From the NCBI GenBank assembly GCA_963674705.1, contig OY771506.1, positions 2,368,001 to 2,432,000 of the forward strand: a DNA stretch of 64,000 bases, in the 5' to 3' direction. The notes beneath the pieces were generated by a model. The model searched no databases, was not told where the DNA came from, and saw nothing but the letters and a program-made list of their open reading frames with translations. A program made the position numbers and the translations under genes. The number at the start of each line of letters is the position of its first letter. Position 1 is the first letter of the stretch. Shown here piece after piece: positions 39,267-49,745 of the stretch. The DNA is from Phycisphaeraceae bacterium. Its GTDB lineage: Bacteria; Planctomycetota; Phycisphaerae; Phycisphaerales; Phycisphaeraceae.

Positions 39267-39984
39267 TTAGTATCAGGGGTTTTCTTGAGGGCGTGTTTGT
39301 TGGGGGTTTGTTAACAGGTGTTGGACTTTTTCGGCCATGAGTTGGTGGCCGTTTTCTGTCAGATGGGCGAGGTCAGAGGTGGTGTCTTTGCTTGAGAACA
39401 CACTTACCATGACCCGCTTGGGGATGAATATGACACCGTGCTTGATGGCTAATTCTCGTTGGATACGGCTGTATTGCCATTGCCAGGGGAGGACGGGCAA
39501 TTCGAACATGGCTACCTGGTGGCCGCTGCTTTTCAGTTCTGTCAGGATCGAATCCAGATCATTGCGAAATGCTTTGGTAGGCGTGGGGCCGAACAGGTCG
39601 TTGCCGCCTATTTCCAGTAGTACAAGCTGGTGGTCGTTCGGCACTTTGGGGATTTGCTTGTGCAGGGCGCTATTGACGGTAGCGCCTGATACCGCCAGAT
39701 TGAGCACATCGATGCCGGTATTTTCCGAAAGCACCTTGGGCCAGGTTCTTTCAGAAGGGCCGCCGATACCTTCGCTGATTGAATCACCCACAATACAGAT
39801 GCTTTGTACATCTTCTGGGAAGGTGGGCAGGGCGATGCGGTAACTGAACGAAACCAGCAGGATTGCAATGACAAGCAGGTTTACGATGCTGTAGCCTCGA
39901 AGCAGTTTTATCGAGCGTTTCCTGATATACCAACTTCCGGCGGGCCAAACGGCAAACAGGATAATTACGAGGCTGTATGCAAAC

Positions 39985-41254
39985 AGAGCTGGTCCCCAAA
40001 TCTTGGACAGCCGGTTGGCCTGAATAAGGTGGGCCAACGGGTTTATGCCGCGGCCAGCGGCGGTCCGGTTATAGGTTTTCCATCATACGCTTCGTCCGGC
40101 GTCCGTCCAGCGAGTGTCGAGTGCGGACGCTCGGTGTTGTAGAACCGCAGCCATTCATTGATCCCGGCGCGAGCTTCGCTGCCTCTGTCCCACGCGTGCA
40201 GGTACACGCATTCGTACTTCAGGCTCCGCCACAGACGTTCGATGAACACGTTGTCCATCCATCGGCCTTTGCCGTCCATCGATACCTTCGCGCCCGCGCT
40301 CTTCACTGTTTCGGTCCATTCCAGGCCGGTGAACTGGCTGCCCTGATCGGTGTTGATGATCTGCGGCGGGCCGTGCTTGCTCAGCGCTTCTTCCAACGCC
40401 TCGACGCAGAATGACGCTTCCATCGTGTTGCTCAATCGCCAGGCCAGCACCTTCCTGCTGTGCCAGTCCATGACCGCAACGAGGTACAAAAAGCCGCGTC
40501 GCATCGGGATGTATGTGATGTCGGCGCACCACACATGACCCGGCTGATCAATCTTCAGATTCCGCAGCAGGTACGGATACACCTTGTTTTCAAGGCATTT
40601 GACGCTGGTCTTCGGGGCCTGGTAGATCGGCGTCAAACCCATCTGGCGCATCAATCGACGCACACGCTTGCGGCCGACGTTGTAGCCAAGCCGACGCAAC
40701 CAACGCATCATCTGCCGGCTGCCGTAGAACGGCGTGCACAGGAACTGTCGGTCGATCAGACGCATCAGCTTCAGGTTCAACGGGCTCTCGCCTTTGCCTG
40801 AAAAGTAAAACGACGATCGGCTGATCGACACCAGCCCACACTGACGCACGATGCTCAGCTCGGGGTGCTTGGGTTCGACCATGTCGCAGCGGCGGCCGTG
40901 GCTCAAAGCCCCAACCCTTTTTTTAAAAAGTCCTTCTCGATGGTCAGCTCGCCGATCTTCGCGTGCAGCTCTTTGATCTGCTCGTCGGATGCCTGCGGGT
41001 CCTTGCCGCCGCCACGGGCAAAAAGCTGGGCCGCCTCCTGTGCCAGCAGCTTCTTCCACCCGCCGATCATGTTCGGATGCACGTCGTACTTCTTGGCGAT
41101 CTCCGCCACCGTCAACTCGCCACGCAGCGCCTCCAGCGCCACCTTCGCCTTGAATTCAGCCGTAAATCGTCGTCGCTTGCTCATCAAGTAAGTCCTTTCA
41201 AATCTGCAGACCAGCCCACTTTAACCGGCTGTCCAAGATTTGGGGACCAGCTCT
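39985..41254 (-). mobile_element. IS3-family insertion sequence, 1270 bp
   Basis: Perfect 32-bp terminal IRs (39985-40016, 41223-41254), AAC duplication on both sides, orfA/orfB organisation. Confidence 0.96.
40043..41184 (-). CDS. IS3 transposase OrfAB (-1 programmed frameshift)
   Basis: OrfA 40903-41184 (RRRFTAEFKAKVALEA HTH); OrfB WCADITY, NTDQGSQF, DNVFIERLWRSLKYE; slippery TTTTTAAAAAAAG on minus strand at about 40917-40929. Confidence 0.93.
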
Positions 41255-41496
41255 AACAATGGGAATGACATGCCGGACATTGCCAGGAGTATCAATCCGA
41301 CCAGGATGGCTAATATCGCGCTGGATGAGCTGAGGCGGCCCTTGCTGCACAGTAATAAAAGGATACTTGCTGCCAGGCATACACAGCCGATGGCGAAGGA
41401 ATAGCCTGCTGCGCAGAACCATATGAATTGCATTAGCATTGATTAATTATGCCTGGTCGTGGTCAAGGGGTGTGGTGTTTTGAGGTAACGCGCGAC

Positions 41497-41808
41497 ATGA
41501 AAATTGTTACTCATATTGTCAGCTTGGGTGTGTTAGCAGTTGTTGTTCTTGCACAGATCGTACACATGTCCTTGGAGGGTTCATTTTATACGCCTGGGAA
41601 TGTAGGCGGGCAGAATTATGGTATTCATGACTTTATTGCCCAGTTATTTGCACTTGCTGGATTAATATTAGTCTGTATTTGGTTTTATGTCACAATCAAT
41701 TCTATCGGTTCAAAGTACAAGTATGCACTGATTGAAAAGGTTGCACTTTTTCTCAGTGTACTATGCTTTGTTACTGCTGCGATATTAGATATATTGCGAT
41801 CGCAGTAA
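41497..41808 (+). CDS. AT-rich three-TM hypothetical protein
   Basis: GAGG RBS, three hydrophobic segments. Confidence 0.6.
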   Translation: MKIVTHIVSLGVLAVVVLAQIVHMSLEGSFYTPGNVGGQNYGIHDFIAQLFALAGLILVCIWFYVTINSIGSKYKYALIEKVALFLSVLCFVTAAILDILRSQ

Positions 41809-41915
41809 ATTAATTTATATATATGCATAAGATGACTGTGCCATTCGACACACGTGAGATCGCTAAGCCGCAAGCGGCTTGGGTTTGATTGATGTGAGTT
41901 TGTTTGGGAGGGGTT

Positions 41916-42206
41916 TTAGCCTTCTTCGGGTGGTGCTTCTTCGGCTGGTGCGCCGGCTTCTTCGGCGGCGTGTTGCATTTGGGCTTTTTTGTTGGCTTCC
42001 CAGGATTCGCCGTAGCGGAAGAGGATGAGTTTGCACTTCTTGCAGCGCCAGCCTTCCATGCGGTTGGGGCGCATGACGGCGTGTGTGCCGGGGACGTCTT
42101 CGGCCATGATGCTGGCGGAGGGTTTTCGGCCGCGGACCCAGTGCAGGCCGTCGGAGATGGGGAGCAGGCCTTCTTCCATGATTGCGTTACATTGCGGACA
42201 CCGCAT
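41916..42206 (-). CDS. Small zinc-ribbon protein
   Basis: MRCPQCNAIMEEG...GWRCKKCKLILFRY. Confidence 0.8.
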   Translation of the reverse strand: MRCPQCNAIMEEGLLPISDGLHWVRGRKPSASIMAEDVPGTHAVMRPNRMEGWRCKKCKLILFRYGESWEANKKAQMQHAAEEAGAPAEEAPPEEG

Positions 42207-42550
42207 CGGTGAATCCCCTGTGTTTTGTTGTCTTGTTATGACCAATTAAACATGATTTGAATGTGTTTGGAAAGACGGGTTGTGGTGGGTGTTGTATGAA
42301 AAACGTTTATGTATGCAAGATGAGTGATTGTTGCTGTAATTATCTTTTAAGGTGGTTGTTTGATTAAGTTGCATTCGGCCCTCACCCCGGCCCTCTCCCA
42401 AGGGGAGAGGGGGTAAGAATTATGATTCTAATGTTGTGTTAATCATCGGCATTGAGCCTATTTTATCTTGTTTTGCGGGTGGGGGGGAGTTAGACTGGGG
42501 AGGGTTTCAGCGGTAGCTGATACTTTTCACATTGGCCAAGGGGGCATCAT

Positions 42551-43315
42551 ATGAAGCGGATTGTTGATGGCTGCATCGCGCTGGCGGCTGTTGTCTTGCT
42601 GGTTTGTGGTTCGGCCGCTTTTGCTGACACTATCACACTCGACATCCCCGAATTGGTCGGCACGTTCACGCACGGCCAGGAGCCGGTCCAGGTTGTTGTG
42701 GACTTCGGTACGGACTTTCAGCCGTTGTGGGGCATCACATTAGAGATTACCGCGACGGGAATCCCCTCCGGCTTCGGTTGGGCTGGTTCGATTCCTGCCG
42801 AACTGCTGGTCTCGGTAGTGGGTGGCTTTGAGTGGTTGTCTCCCACGTTGTTCGGGCCCTATGGTGAGACACCTACGACCGACAGTAAATTGGCCGGGTA
42901 TGGGTGGCCAGCTATCGACCCGGCCCCGATTACCAGCGGTCAGGCCGTTATCACCATCGACACGCCATTGGGGGAAGAAGATGAGTCGTCCCCGGCCGAG
43001 ATCGAGATCATCTCCGCCACAATCACCGCTGACTTCTATCCGGCTATCGTCGGCTATGCCGACATCAACGACGACGGGTTCGTTGGTCTAGCGGACCTGG
43101 ATATTCTGTTAGGCCATTGGAACCAGATCGTTAACCCCAGCGACAGGATGGCGGGCGATCTGACAGGCGATGGATTTGTGGGATTGACCGATCTGGATAT
43201 TGTTCTGGAAAGGTGGAACGCGGGTACGCCGCCGGCGGTGGTGGTTCCGGAGCCTGGGATGGTTCTTATTGCTTTTATTTATGGGGGGCTGGTGACGCAC
43301 CATCGCCATCGATAA
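42551..43315 (+). CDS. PEP-CTERM protein with dockerin/EF-hand-like module
   Basis: ADINDDGFVGLADLDILLGHWNQ, GDLTGDGFVGLTDLDIVLERWNAGTPP, VPEP tail. Confidence 0.88.
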   Translation: MKRIVDGCIALAAVVLLVCGSAAFADTITLDIPELVGTFTHGQEPVQVVVDFGTDFQPLWGITLEITATGIPSGFGWAGSIPAELLVSVVGGFEWLSPTLFGPYGETPTTDSKLAGYGWPAIDPAPITSGQAVITIDTPLGEEDESSPAEIEIISATITADFYPAIVGYADINDDGFVGLADLDILLGHWNQIVNPSDRMAGDLTGDGFVGLTDLDIVLERWNAGTPPAVVVPEPGMVLIAFIYGGLVTHHRHR

Positions 43316-43640
43316 GTTGTTTGTAGATGCCATAGAACGAAGCAACCGTGGTCGTCGCCCGACACTTTTACCTGTTGGGTCAACGGCTGTCCCGTGCTGT
43401 AATGGTTTTCGTTAGGATTCATGAAGTATATTTATGACGTGTATTCAAGTATTCCGTGAGTTGGTTTAATCTGACATTGATTGATAAACGATCGTGATGC
43501 ATCTTGAATCAGCGGTGCGGTCACGATGATATCCATTCATAGACTTGATGTTCATCCTATCGTGGGATGAACGATATCCGTGTAGGTTTGTCTTCCATGC
43601 ACATGCAATTCATCATCCACTTATACAAGGAAGCTGCAAA

Positions 43641-45278
43641 ATGAAGACACGAATTTCGGCTGGGAACGGTTATTTGTTGATTGCGATCTTACTGTCGGTG
43701 ATATGGGTTACAGGCAAGCCTGCCCTTGCAGTGGTTCATATCGAGTCCCGCGCATTGTCGGGGCAGGTCGCGCCGGGTACGGATGAGTTATTTGATGTTT
43801 TTGGCTATCCGATGATTGATGATACAGGTCACGTTGCGTTTCGAGCGATCACGCCCGGGTTCAATCGTGGTCTGTGGTATGAGGAGGCAGGCACCTTGAG
43901 CCTCGTTGCCTATGAAGGGATGGATGCTCCGGGTACGGATGGGCAGTTCACCTTTCTGGATACCTTGACGCTTAATGGTGCAGGGCAGATTGGGTTCGGT
44001 GGTTCACTTATACCAGGAGTTGGCGATGTGACAGCGTTTAATAATAGTGGTGTCTGGACGTATGGGGCCGGTGGCTTAGGCCTTGTTGCACGCAAGGGTA
44101 ATGTTGCGCCCGGTGCTTCGGGAGCGTATTTCGGTAGTTTAAATGTTCCCCTGTTCTTCAATGACGTGGGGCAACTCGCATTTGCTGGGGATATGACTTC
44201 CGGCGAGGTAATTGAAACTCATGCGATAGGCAGAGGGATTTGTTACGGAACGCAGGGTTCACTGACACTGGTGGCGGGTTCCGGGCTTGCTGCGCCGGGT
44301 GCATCTGTCGATGAATATTTTGGTGATGCGTTTGATATTGGTGGTCTTAATGACAACGGTGTGATCACTTTTAAAGCGAACCTGGATGGGCCGAATGTTA
44401 CTGTCGAAAATGAAAGTGGTATCTGGTCGGGATTTGCGGGTTCGTTGAATCTGGTAGCTCGCGAAGGCGATACCGCGCCCGGGGCGGGTGGTGGTTGTTA
44501 CGACTTCCTGTCTGCTAGGCCTAGGATCAACAACGCCGGCCACATTGCTTTTGGCGGTTCCCTGGTTGCCGGGACGGGGGATGTAACGGCCGACAATAAT
44601 GCAGGGATATGGTCTGACCGTTCGGGTTCGTTGCAGTTGATCGCGCGCAAGGGGGATCTTGTGCCGGGTTTATCAGGGGAGGAATTTGATACGTTCGGGC
44701 GCATACTTATTAACGGGTCCGACGAGATATGCTTTCTCGGTCTTGTCACCGGTCCGGGCGTTACGTACAGCAATAATGAAGGCATATGGTGCGAGCGGAC
44801 GGATGGGCTGCAATTAATTGCACGTGAGGGTAGTGCTGCAGCGGGTACGGCGGGTGTATTCAGCAGTCTTGATTCGCAGGCCGGTAGTCTAGCGATGAAC
44901 GGTGTGGGGCAAGTGGTGTTTCTTGCAATGCTTCAGGGAGGAGTAGGTGGTATTACCGTCGATAACGATCAAGGGCTCTGGGCAACGGATACAAATGGGC
45001 AATTAATATTGGTTGTTCGAGAGGGCGACGTTATCGATGTGAATAGCAATCCCTTGATTGATGACTATCGAACGATCAAGTCTATCATTTTAGGTCTGCC
45101 ACAATCCGGAGGTGAAGACGGGCTGGCCAGTCCGATTAGCGATGCCGGTCAAATTGCCTTCTGGCTGACGTTTACCGATGATACTTCAGGCATCTTTGTG
45201 GCAATGGTGCCTGAGCCGGGTAGTGTGGGATTGATGATGCTTGGATGTGCGGGACTCACTGGGAGGCGGTGGGTTTAA
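43641..45278 (+). CDS. PEP-CTERM protein with tandem NxxGxxAF repeats
   Basis: Repeated [IL]NxxGQ[IL]AF...GIW....L.L[VI]AR.G..APG units; VPEP tail. Confidence 0.88.
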   Translation: MKTRISAGNGYLLIAILLSVIWVTGKPALAVVHIESRALSGQVAPGTDELFDVFGYPMIDDTGHVAFRAITPGFNRGLWYEEAGTLSLVAYEGMDAPGTDGQFTFLDTLTLNGAGQIGFGGSLIPGVGDVTAFNNSGVWTYGAGGLGLVARKGNVAPGASGAYFGSLNVPLFFNDVGQLAFAGDMTSGEVIETHAIGRGICYGTQGSLTLVAGSGLAAPGASVDEYFGDAFDIGGLNDNGVITFKANLDGPNVTVENESGIWSGFAGSLNLVAREGDTAPGAGGGCYDFLSARPRINNAGHIAFGGSLVAGTGDVTADNNAGIWSDRSGSLQLIARKGDLVPGLSGEEFDTFGRILINGSDEICFLGLVTGPGVTYSNNEGIWCERTDGLQLIAREGSAAAGTAGVFSSLDSQAGSLAMNGVGQVVFLAMLQGGVGGITVDNDQGLWATDTNGQLILVVREGDVIDVNSNPLIDDYRTIKSIILGLPQSGGEDGLASPISDAGQIAFWLTFTDDTSGIFVAMVPEPGSVGLMMLGCAGLTGRRWV

Positions 45279-45357
45279 GAAGAAAGGGTGATGGGCCAGA
45301 ATGAACATGGATGAGTTGACTGTGTTGATGATTGCGTGAGGTTGATTGTAAAAAATG

Positions 45358-45390
45358 AAAAGCGTGGTCGTTGAGTCGACCACGCTTTTT
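45358..45390. terminator. Bidirectional terminator
   Basis: AAAAGCGTGGTCG / CGACCACGCTTTT between convergent genes. Confidence 0.8.
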
Positions 45391-45452
45391 GTTTGGTTGG
45401 GGTGTAGGGCACGGCCGCTGAAGCGGCCTCGCCGTGATTCACATCAGTTGAA

Positions 45453-47096
45453 TTACTTCGCGTATTCGATGGTACGCATTTCGCGCAGGACGGTGACTCG
45501 GATTTCGCCGGGGAAGGTCATTTCTTCGCTGACACGTTTGGCGATGTCGCGGGCGATGTAGCTGCATTGCTGGTCGTCGACGTTGTCGGGATCGACGATC
45601 ACGCGGACCTCGCGGCCGGCCTGGATGGCGTAGGCATCTTTGACGCCTTCCATGTCGGTGGCGATGCTTTCGAGTTGCTCCAGACGCTTGACGTAGCGTT
45701 CGAGTGTTTCGCGACGCGCACCGGGTCGTGCGCCGCTGATGGCGTCGGCGGCCATGACGATGGGGGTGTATGGCGTGGTCGCGGGGATGTCGTTGTGGTG
45801 TCCGCCGATCGCGTTGAGCACGGCTTCCTTTTCGCCGAACTTCTTGGCGAAGTCCATGCCGATCTGCGGGTGTCCGCCTTCGGCTTCGTGGTCGAGTGCT
45901 TTACCGATGTCGTGCAGGAAGCCGCAGCGGCGCGCGAGTTCGCCGTCGAGGCCGAGTTCATCGGCGATGACCTGGCAGAGGTAGGCGGTTTCCATGGAGT
46001 GTCGGAGGATGTTCTGGCCGTAGCTGGAACGGTAGTAGAGCCGGCCCATGGTTTCTGAAAGCTTGGGGTGCAGGCCCTGGATGTCGGCTTCGATGCAGGC
46101 GTCTTTGCCGTACTTGATGATGCGCTGGTTGATGTCTTTGGTGGTCTGCGCGGTGACTTCTTCGATGCGCGTCGGGTGGATGCGGCCGTCCTCGATGAGC
46201 TTCTGCATCGTCTCGGCTGCGATGGCTCGGCGTACGGGGTCGAAGCAGGAGACGACGATGACGCCGGGGGTGTCGTCGACGATGACATCGACGCCGGTCG
46301 ATTTTTCAAACGCACGGATGTTGCGGCCTTCGCGGCCGATGACGCGGCCCTTCATGTCGTCGGAAGGGATGGCGATGGCGCTGACGGTGGAGTCGGCGGT
46401 GTGCTCGGAGGCGTAGCGCTGGATGGCCTGGAGGGTGATCTTCAGGGCGGTGTCCTTGGCTTCTTCCTCGGCCTGCTCGGTGATCTTCTGGATGATCTGG
46501 CCGGCCTCGTGCTGGCACTCGCGTTCGACGGCCTTGAGCGACTCGCGCTTGGCATCCTCCTCGGAGAGGTTGGCGAGGCGGAGCAGGGTCTGCTTCTGTT
46601 CCTGGCGGCTGGTTTCGAGCAGTTCGCGGCGTTCGGCGATCAGGGCGTCGAGCTCTTCCTGCTTGCCGAGGAGTTGAGCTTCGCGTTTTTTGACGCCGGC
46701 GTCGAGTTCGTCGAGGTATTTTTCCTTGGTGGTGAGGGTATCGAGCTTGCGGTCGAGGTTGTCTTCACGCTTGGTGAGGCGTCGCTCGATTTCCTTGACC
46801 TCGTTGCGTTGCTGGTTGATTTCTTCTTCGAAGGTTTCGCGTCGTTTAGCCAGTTCGTTGAGACCGTCGAGTTCGGCCTGTTTCTTGAGCGTTTGAGCTT
46901 CGCTTTCGGCTTTTTCGATCAGGTCCTGTGCCTGTCGTTTACTCTGGCTGATGGTCTGGATGCCGATGAGTTTGGTGATGATGACGGTGAGGATGGCGCC
47001 GATGATGGCGCCGATCAGGCCGAAGAGCAGCCAGCCGCTTCCGCCACCGCCGTGGGGGGTTTGAGTTACTTGTGCCAGTAGATTGATGTGGTACAC
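45453..47096 (-). CDS. rny: Ribonuclease Y
   Basis: N-terminal TM, coiled coil, KH ([13 protein letters not shown]), HD (LHDIGK), [22 protein letters not shown]. Confidence 0.97.
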   Translation of the reverse strand: MYHINLLAQVTQTPHGGGGSGWLLFGLIGAIIGAILTVIITKLIGIQTISQSKRQAQDLIEKAESEAQTLKKQAELDGLNELAKRRETFEEEINQQRNEVKEIERRLTKREDNLDRKLDTLTTKEKYLDELDAGVKKREAQLLGKQEELDALIAERRELLETSRQEQKQTLLRLANLSEEDAKRESLKAVERECQHEAGQIIQKITEQAEEEAKDTALKITLQAIQRYASEHTADSTVSAIAIPSDDMKGRVIGREGRNIRAFEKSTGVDVIVDDTPGVIVVSCFDPVRRAIAAETMQKLIEDGRIHPTRIEEVTAQTTKDINQRIIKYGKDACIEADIQGLHPKLSETMGRLYYRSSYGQNILRHSMETAYLCQVIADELGLDGELARRCGFLHDIGKALDHEAEGGHPQIGMDFAKKFGEKEAVLNAIGGHHNDIPATTPYTPIVMAADAISGARPGARRETLERYVKRLEQLESIATDMEGVKDAYAIQAGREVRVIVDPDNVDDQQCSYIARDIAKRVSEEMTFPGEIRVTVLREMRTIEYAK

Positions 47097-47159
47097 GAAT
47101 CACGCCCTTTATGCCGGCCGGGAATGCGTGGTACGCATCGACCGGTTGGGTTTAGGGCA

Positions 47160-47310
47160 CGATCACGGTAAGGCCACGATGGATTAGATCGTGTGCATCA
47201 GCGCGGGATGTCGACCGATCAGGCTCAAGGTCGCCGTCGGTCCGGATCGTAAGTCAGTTACTCAACTCCCATAAGGGCGGTTCAAGTAAGTGGCCTATCG
47301 GGCGCGGGTC
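47160..47310 (-). ncRNA. Candidate structured RNA upstream of rny (possible 6S RNA)
   Basis: Ends pair (AGGCCAC/GTGGCCT), internal GACCGA/TCGGTC stem, CTTGAACC..GGGAG motif; position upstream of rny. Confidence 0.3.
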
Positions 47311-47747
47311 GAGAGCAAGGGATAGTTCGGCATCTAAATTCAAGATGCCTCCTCCAGTGCCCCGGGTACGAGCGTTGATCCAGACTTTCATCACAGCGTA
47401 TTGAGCTTATTCAATCTATCCGTTTGTCAGAGACAAGCGGCCGAGGGTTCTGCCTGTGGCAGAGCGTTCGGAAGATCGGTCAACGATACGGGCTGATATT
47501 TCTGCCCGGATCGTGCCGGGTAAAGCGCCGCAAACGCGGCGGTAACACGGACAACAAGGCGGCCACGCCGCCGAGGGGTTCGAGGGGATGCAACGTAACC
47601 GCCGCAAAAATCCTCAAACCAATGTATCCTATGATCTTATCCAAGAAACAGCATTTTCGTCAAGTTTCCACACATCCCTGACACAAACCTGACATGGTTA
47701 TGGGACAATGCGCGATGCGCTGCATTTGTGCGTATCTGGTGGGAAGT

Positions 47748-48464
47748 TCAACTGTTAGCGTATTTTGCCTGTCTTACACCCAGCCAGACGAGCACTTCAA
47801 ACCACATCATCGCGACCGCAAAGCACAGGACCATGAGGGCCAGGGATTGCCAATACTCCCAGGCGGGCAGCAGAGAGGACATCCAGCGGTCGATGTTGCC
47901 GTTGTTCAGTTGAGCCAGCGCCCAGAGCATAATCAGGGCGGCGGGGACCCAGCCGATCGAGCTGTAGCAGGCGATGCGTTCGGCGAGTTTGAAGGGTATG
48001 CGCCAGCCCCGGCGTCTGCTGAAGTACACCACGCCGATCGCCTCGATGTAGGTCAGGATGATGGTGATGTCGCAGGCCAGCAGGCCCTGGATCATGGCCC
48101 AGGTGGTGCTGCCGTTGGACATGCTTCTACCCCACACGGCATAAAACCAGATCAAGGCGATAAACAGGCAGGTCAATAGCAGGAACAATCTCGCGGTCAC
48201 GTTTGAGCCGTCGACCCGCATCATGCGGAAGAACTGGTTTGGTTTGAGCAGTAATTCGATGCAGACTTCGAGAGCAGTTGTGGGATTTGGCTGAGCGTGC
48301 CAGCGGGGGCCGGTGCGTTTGGTGGGGGAGGATTCAACGATAGGCATGCCGCACTCGGGGCAGTTGCCATCGGGTTGCAGGCCGTTGAGCACGTAGCCAC
48401 AGTCTTCGCAGAGCGAATCGGCGTTGGGGAAGGTGGGGGATGATGTTCGATGGTCGATGTTCAA
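47748..48464 (-). CDS. Zinc-ribbon membrane protein
   Basis: CEDCGYVLNGL...CPECG then several TM helices. Confidence 0.8.
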   Translation of the reverse strand: MNIDHRTSSPTFPNADSLCEDCGYVLNGLQPDGNCPECGMPIVESSPTKRTGPRWHAQPNPTTALEVCIELLLKPNQFFRMMRVDGSNVTARLFLLLTCLFIALIWFYAVWGRSMSNGSTTWAMIQGLLACDITIILTYIEAIGVVYFSRRRGWRIPFKLAERIACYSSIGWVPAALIMLWALAQLNNGNIDRWMSSLLPAWEYWQSLALMVLCFAVAMMWFEVLVWLGVRQAKYANS

Positions 48465-48483
48465 TGTGCGGTTACATGTTTTT

Positions 48484-48650
48484 CTCCCTCTGCCCTTGGG
48501 AGAGGGTTGGGGTGAGGGCCAAGAACCTTATGCGTTCCATTCAGTTGAGCTTCTTTAGCCGCGACCCGCCGGGTCGCGCGCCATATACAAACGATCACAC
48601 AATCAATCCGGCCCTCATCCTAGCCTTCTCACAAGCGGAGAAGGGACCGG
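48484..48650. repeat. CCCTCTCCC..GGGAGAGGG-type inverted pair enclosing another REP
   Basis: 48484-48520 and 48610-48650 inverted; relatives at 42377-42413 and 58761-58790. Confidence 0.75.
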
Positions 48651-48692
48651 AATAGACTTCGCATTGCACATTGAACATGGTACATCCCCGAT

Positions 48693-49703
48693 CTATTCCA
48701 TCAGCGCCAGGCGCAACTGGTGGGCGAGGTCTTTGGTTTGGGGACTTGGGGCGAGGTGGAGGTTTTTGTCGGCATGATCCAAGGTTGTGGCGGGGCCGGA
48801 CTGGGGGGTGATGATGGGTTTGTTGTGTTGCAGGGCATGGCGGAGGCTCAGGCCGCCGGCGTCCTGGCCGAGAGCGAGAACGGCGTCGCAGGCATCGAGC
48901 AATAACCAGGGCGAGCTGATGCGCTGCTCCTGCAGCAGTTTCAGATCGATCGGCTGTTTTTCGATGAAGGTTTGAGCACGTCGGCGGTGCAACTGCAAGG
49001 GGTGTATCAACAGCGTAACACGGACGGGCTGGTTAAGCTTGTCGGTCAGGGTTGCGCAGCCGAGTACAGCGACTTCCGCGGCGTCGATCGCGTCGGCGAG
49101 AGCGGGGTGGTCTGACAGCAGTACGACGACACGCTCGGTTGACTTGGTGACGCCCCATGAGGCACGCAACTCGGTGCGCTTTTCATCGGATAGTGGTGAA
49201 TCGTGAGCAACGCTAAGTGCGATAAGTTTGGCTTCGCAGTTGATGCCGAGGTTTTGCAGATGTTGTGCGAGCGCCGGTGTATCCGTCGTGATAAGCGTAT
49301 CGGGGTATTTGTTTACATTGCTCAGACGCGAAAGCTGTTTGATCCAGCGATGATTCGGCGTGTGTACAAGGTTGAGTCGTCGGGGTGTTTTTTTGCAGAG
49401 TCTTGTTGCAGCGATGAACGCACCCGGCGACCAGCATTGTGTCTTCGTAAAGGTTGGTCGTTCAGCGATCCATCGCCGCAGCGGCAGAAGTCCGAGGACG
49501 GCTTTGCTGAATGGGACAGACAGGCAAGATGCCTGATCGGGTTTGATGCCGGCTTGTAACGCGATCGAGAAGTGGGCGCGGCTGCCGAGGATCAGCAGAT
49601 GATCAACGGGATTGTTAGATGCGGCCATCATTGCGCGGATCGCGCGGTAGACCGTGGGGCAGGCCTGTGTGCTGTCGCCATCGATCAGGTGTAGGGTCGG
49701 CAT
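48693..49703 (-). CDS. Divergent GT-B glycosyltransferase-like protein
   Basis: RTELRASWGV, LLDACDAVL..LSLRHALQHNKPII resembles a degenerate GT4 C-terminal motif. Confidence 0.5.
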   Translation of the reverse strand: MPTLHLIDGDSTQACPTVYRAIRAMMAASNNPVDHLLILGSRAHFSIALQAGIKPDQASCLSVPFSKAVLGLLPLRRWIAERPTFTKTQCWSPGAFIAATRLCKKTPRRLNLVHTPNHRWIKQLSRLSNVNKYPDTLITTDTPALAQHLQNLGINCEAKLIALSVAHDSPLSDEKRTELRASWGVTKSTERVVVLLSDHPALADAIDAAEVAVLGCATLTDKLNQPVRVTLLIHPLQLHRRRAQTFIEKQPIDLKLLQEQRISSPWLLLDACDAVLALGQDAGGLSLRHALQHNKPIITPQSGPATTLDHADKNLHLAPSPQTKDLAHQLRLALME

Positions 49704-49745
49704 CGCTTGATGAATACTTGGGTAACGCGTCGGGTGTTTACAGCG

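Larger units (their letters stand above)
39273..41439 (-). pseudogene. Membrane-anchored SGNH/GDSL esterase interrupted by IS3
   Basis: GDSIS, NLAVSGA, EIGGND, DLAH blocks; removing 39985-41257 rejoins MSFPL-FAYS in frame (297 aa). Confidence 0.9.

Noticed and set aside
36420..41900. Integron cassette array (attC sites)
   Set aside because: Genes are in mixed orientation, separators lack consistent RYYYAAC...GTTRRRY boxes, and no integron integrase was seen; isolated CCATAAC after stops at 13001 and 58234 is too weak
45567..47081. Long antisense or alternate-frame ORFs over rny (similarly over pnp, typA, dusB, pyk, DUF502)
   Set aside because: Shadow ORFs expected from high-GC codon bias; no recognisable motifs
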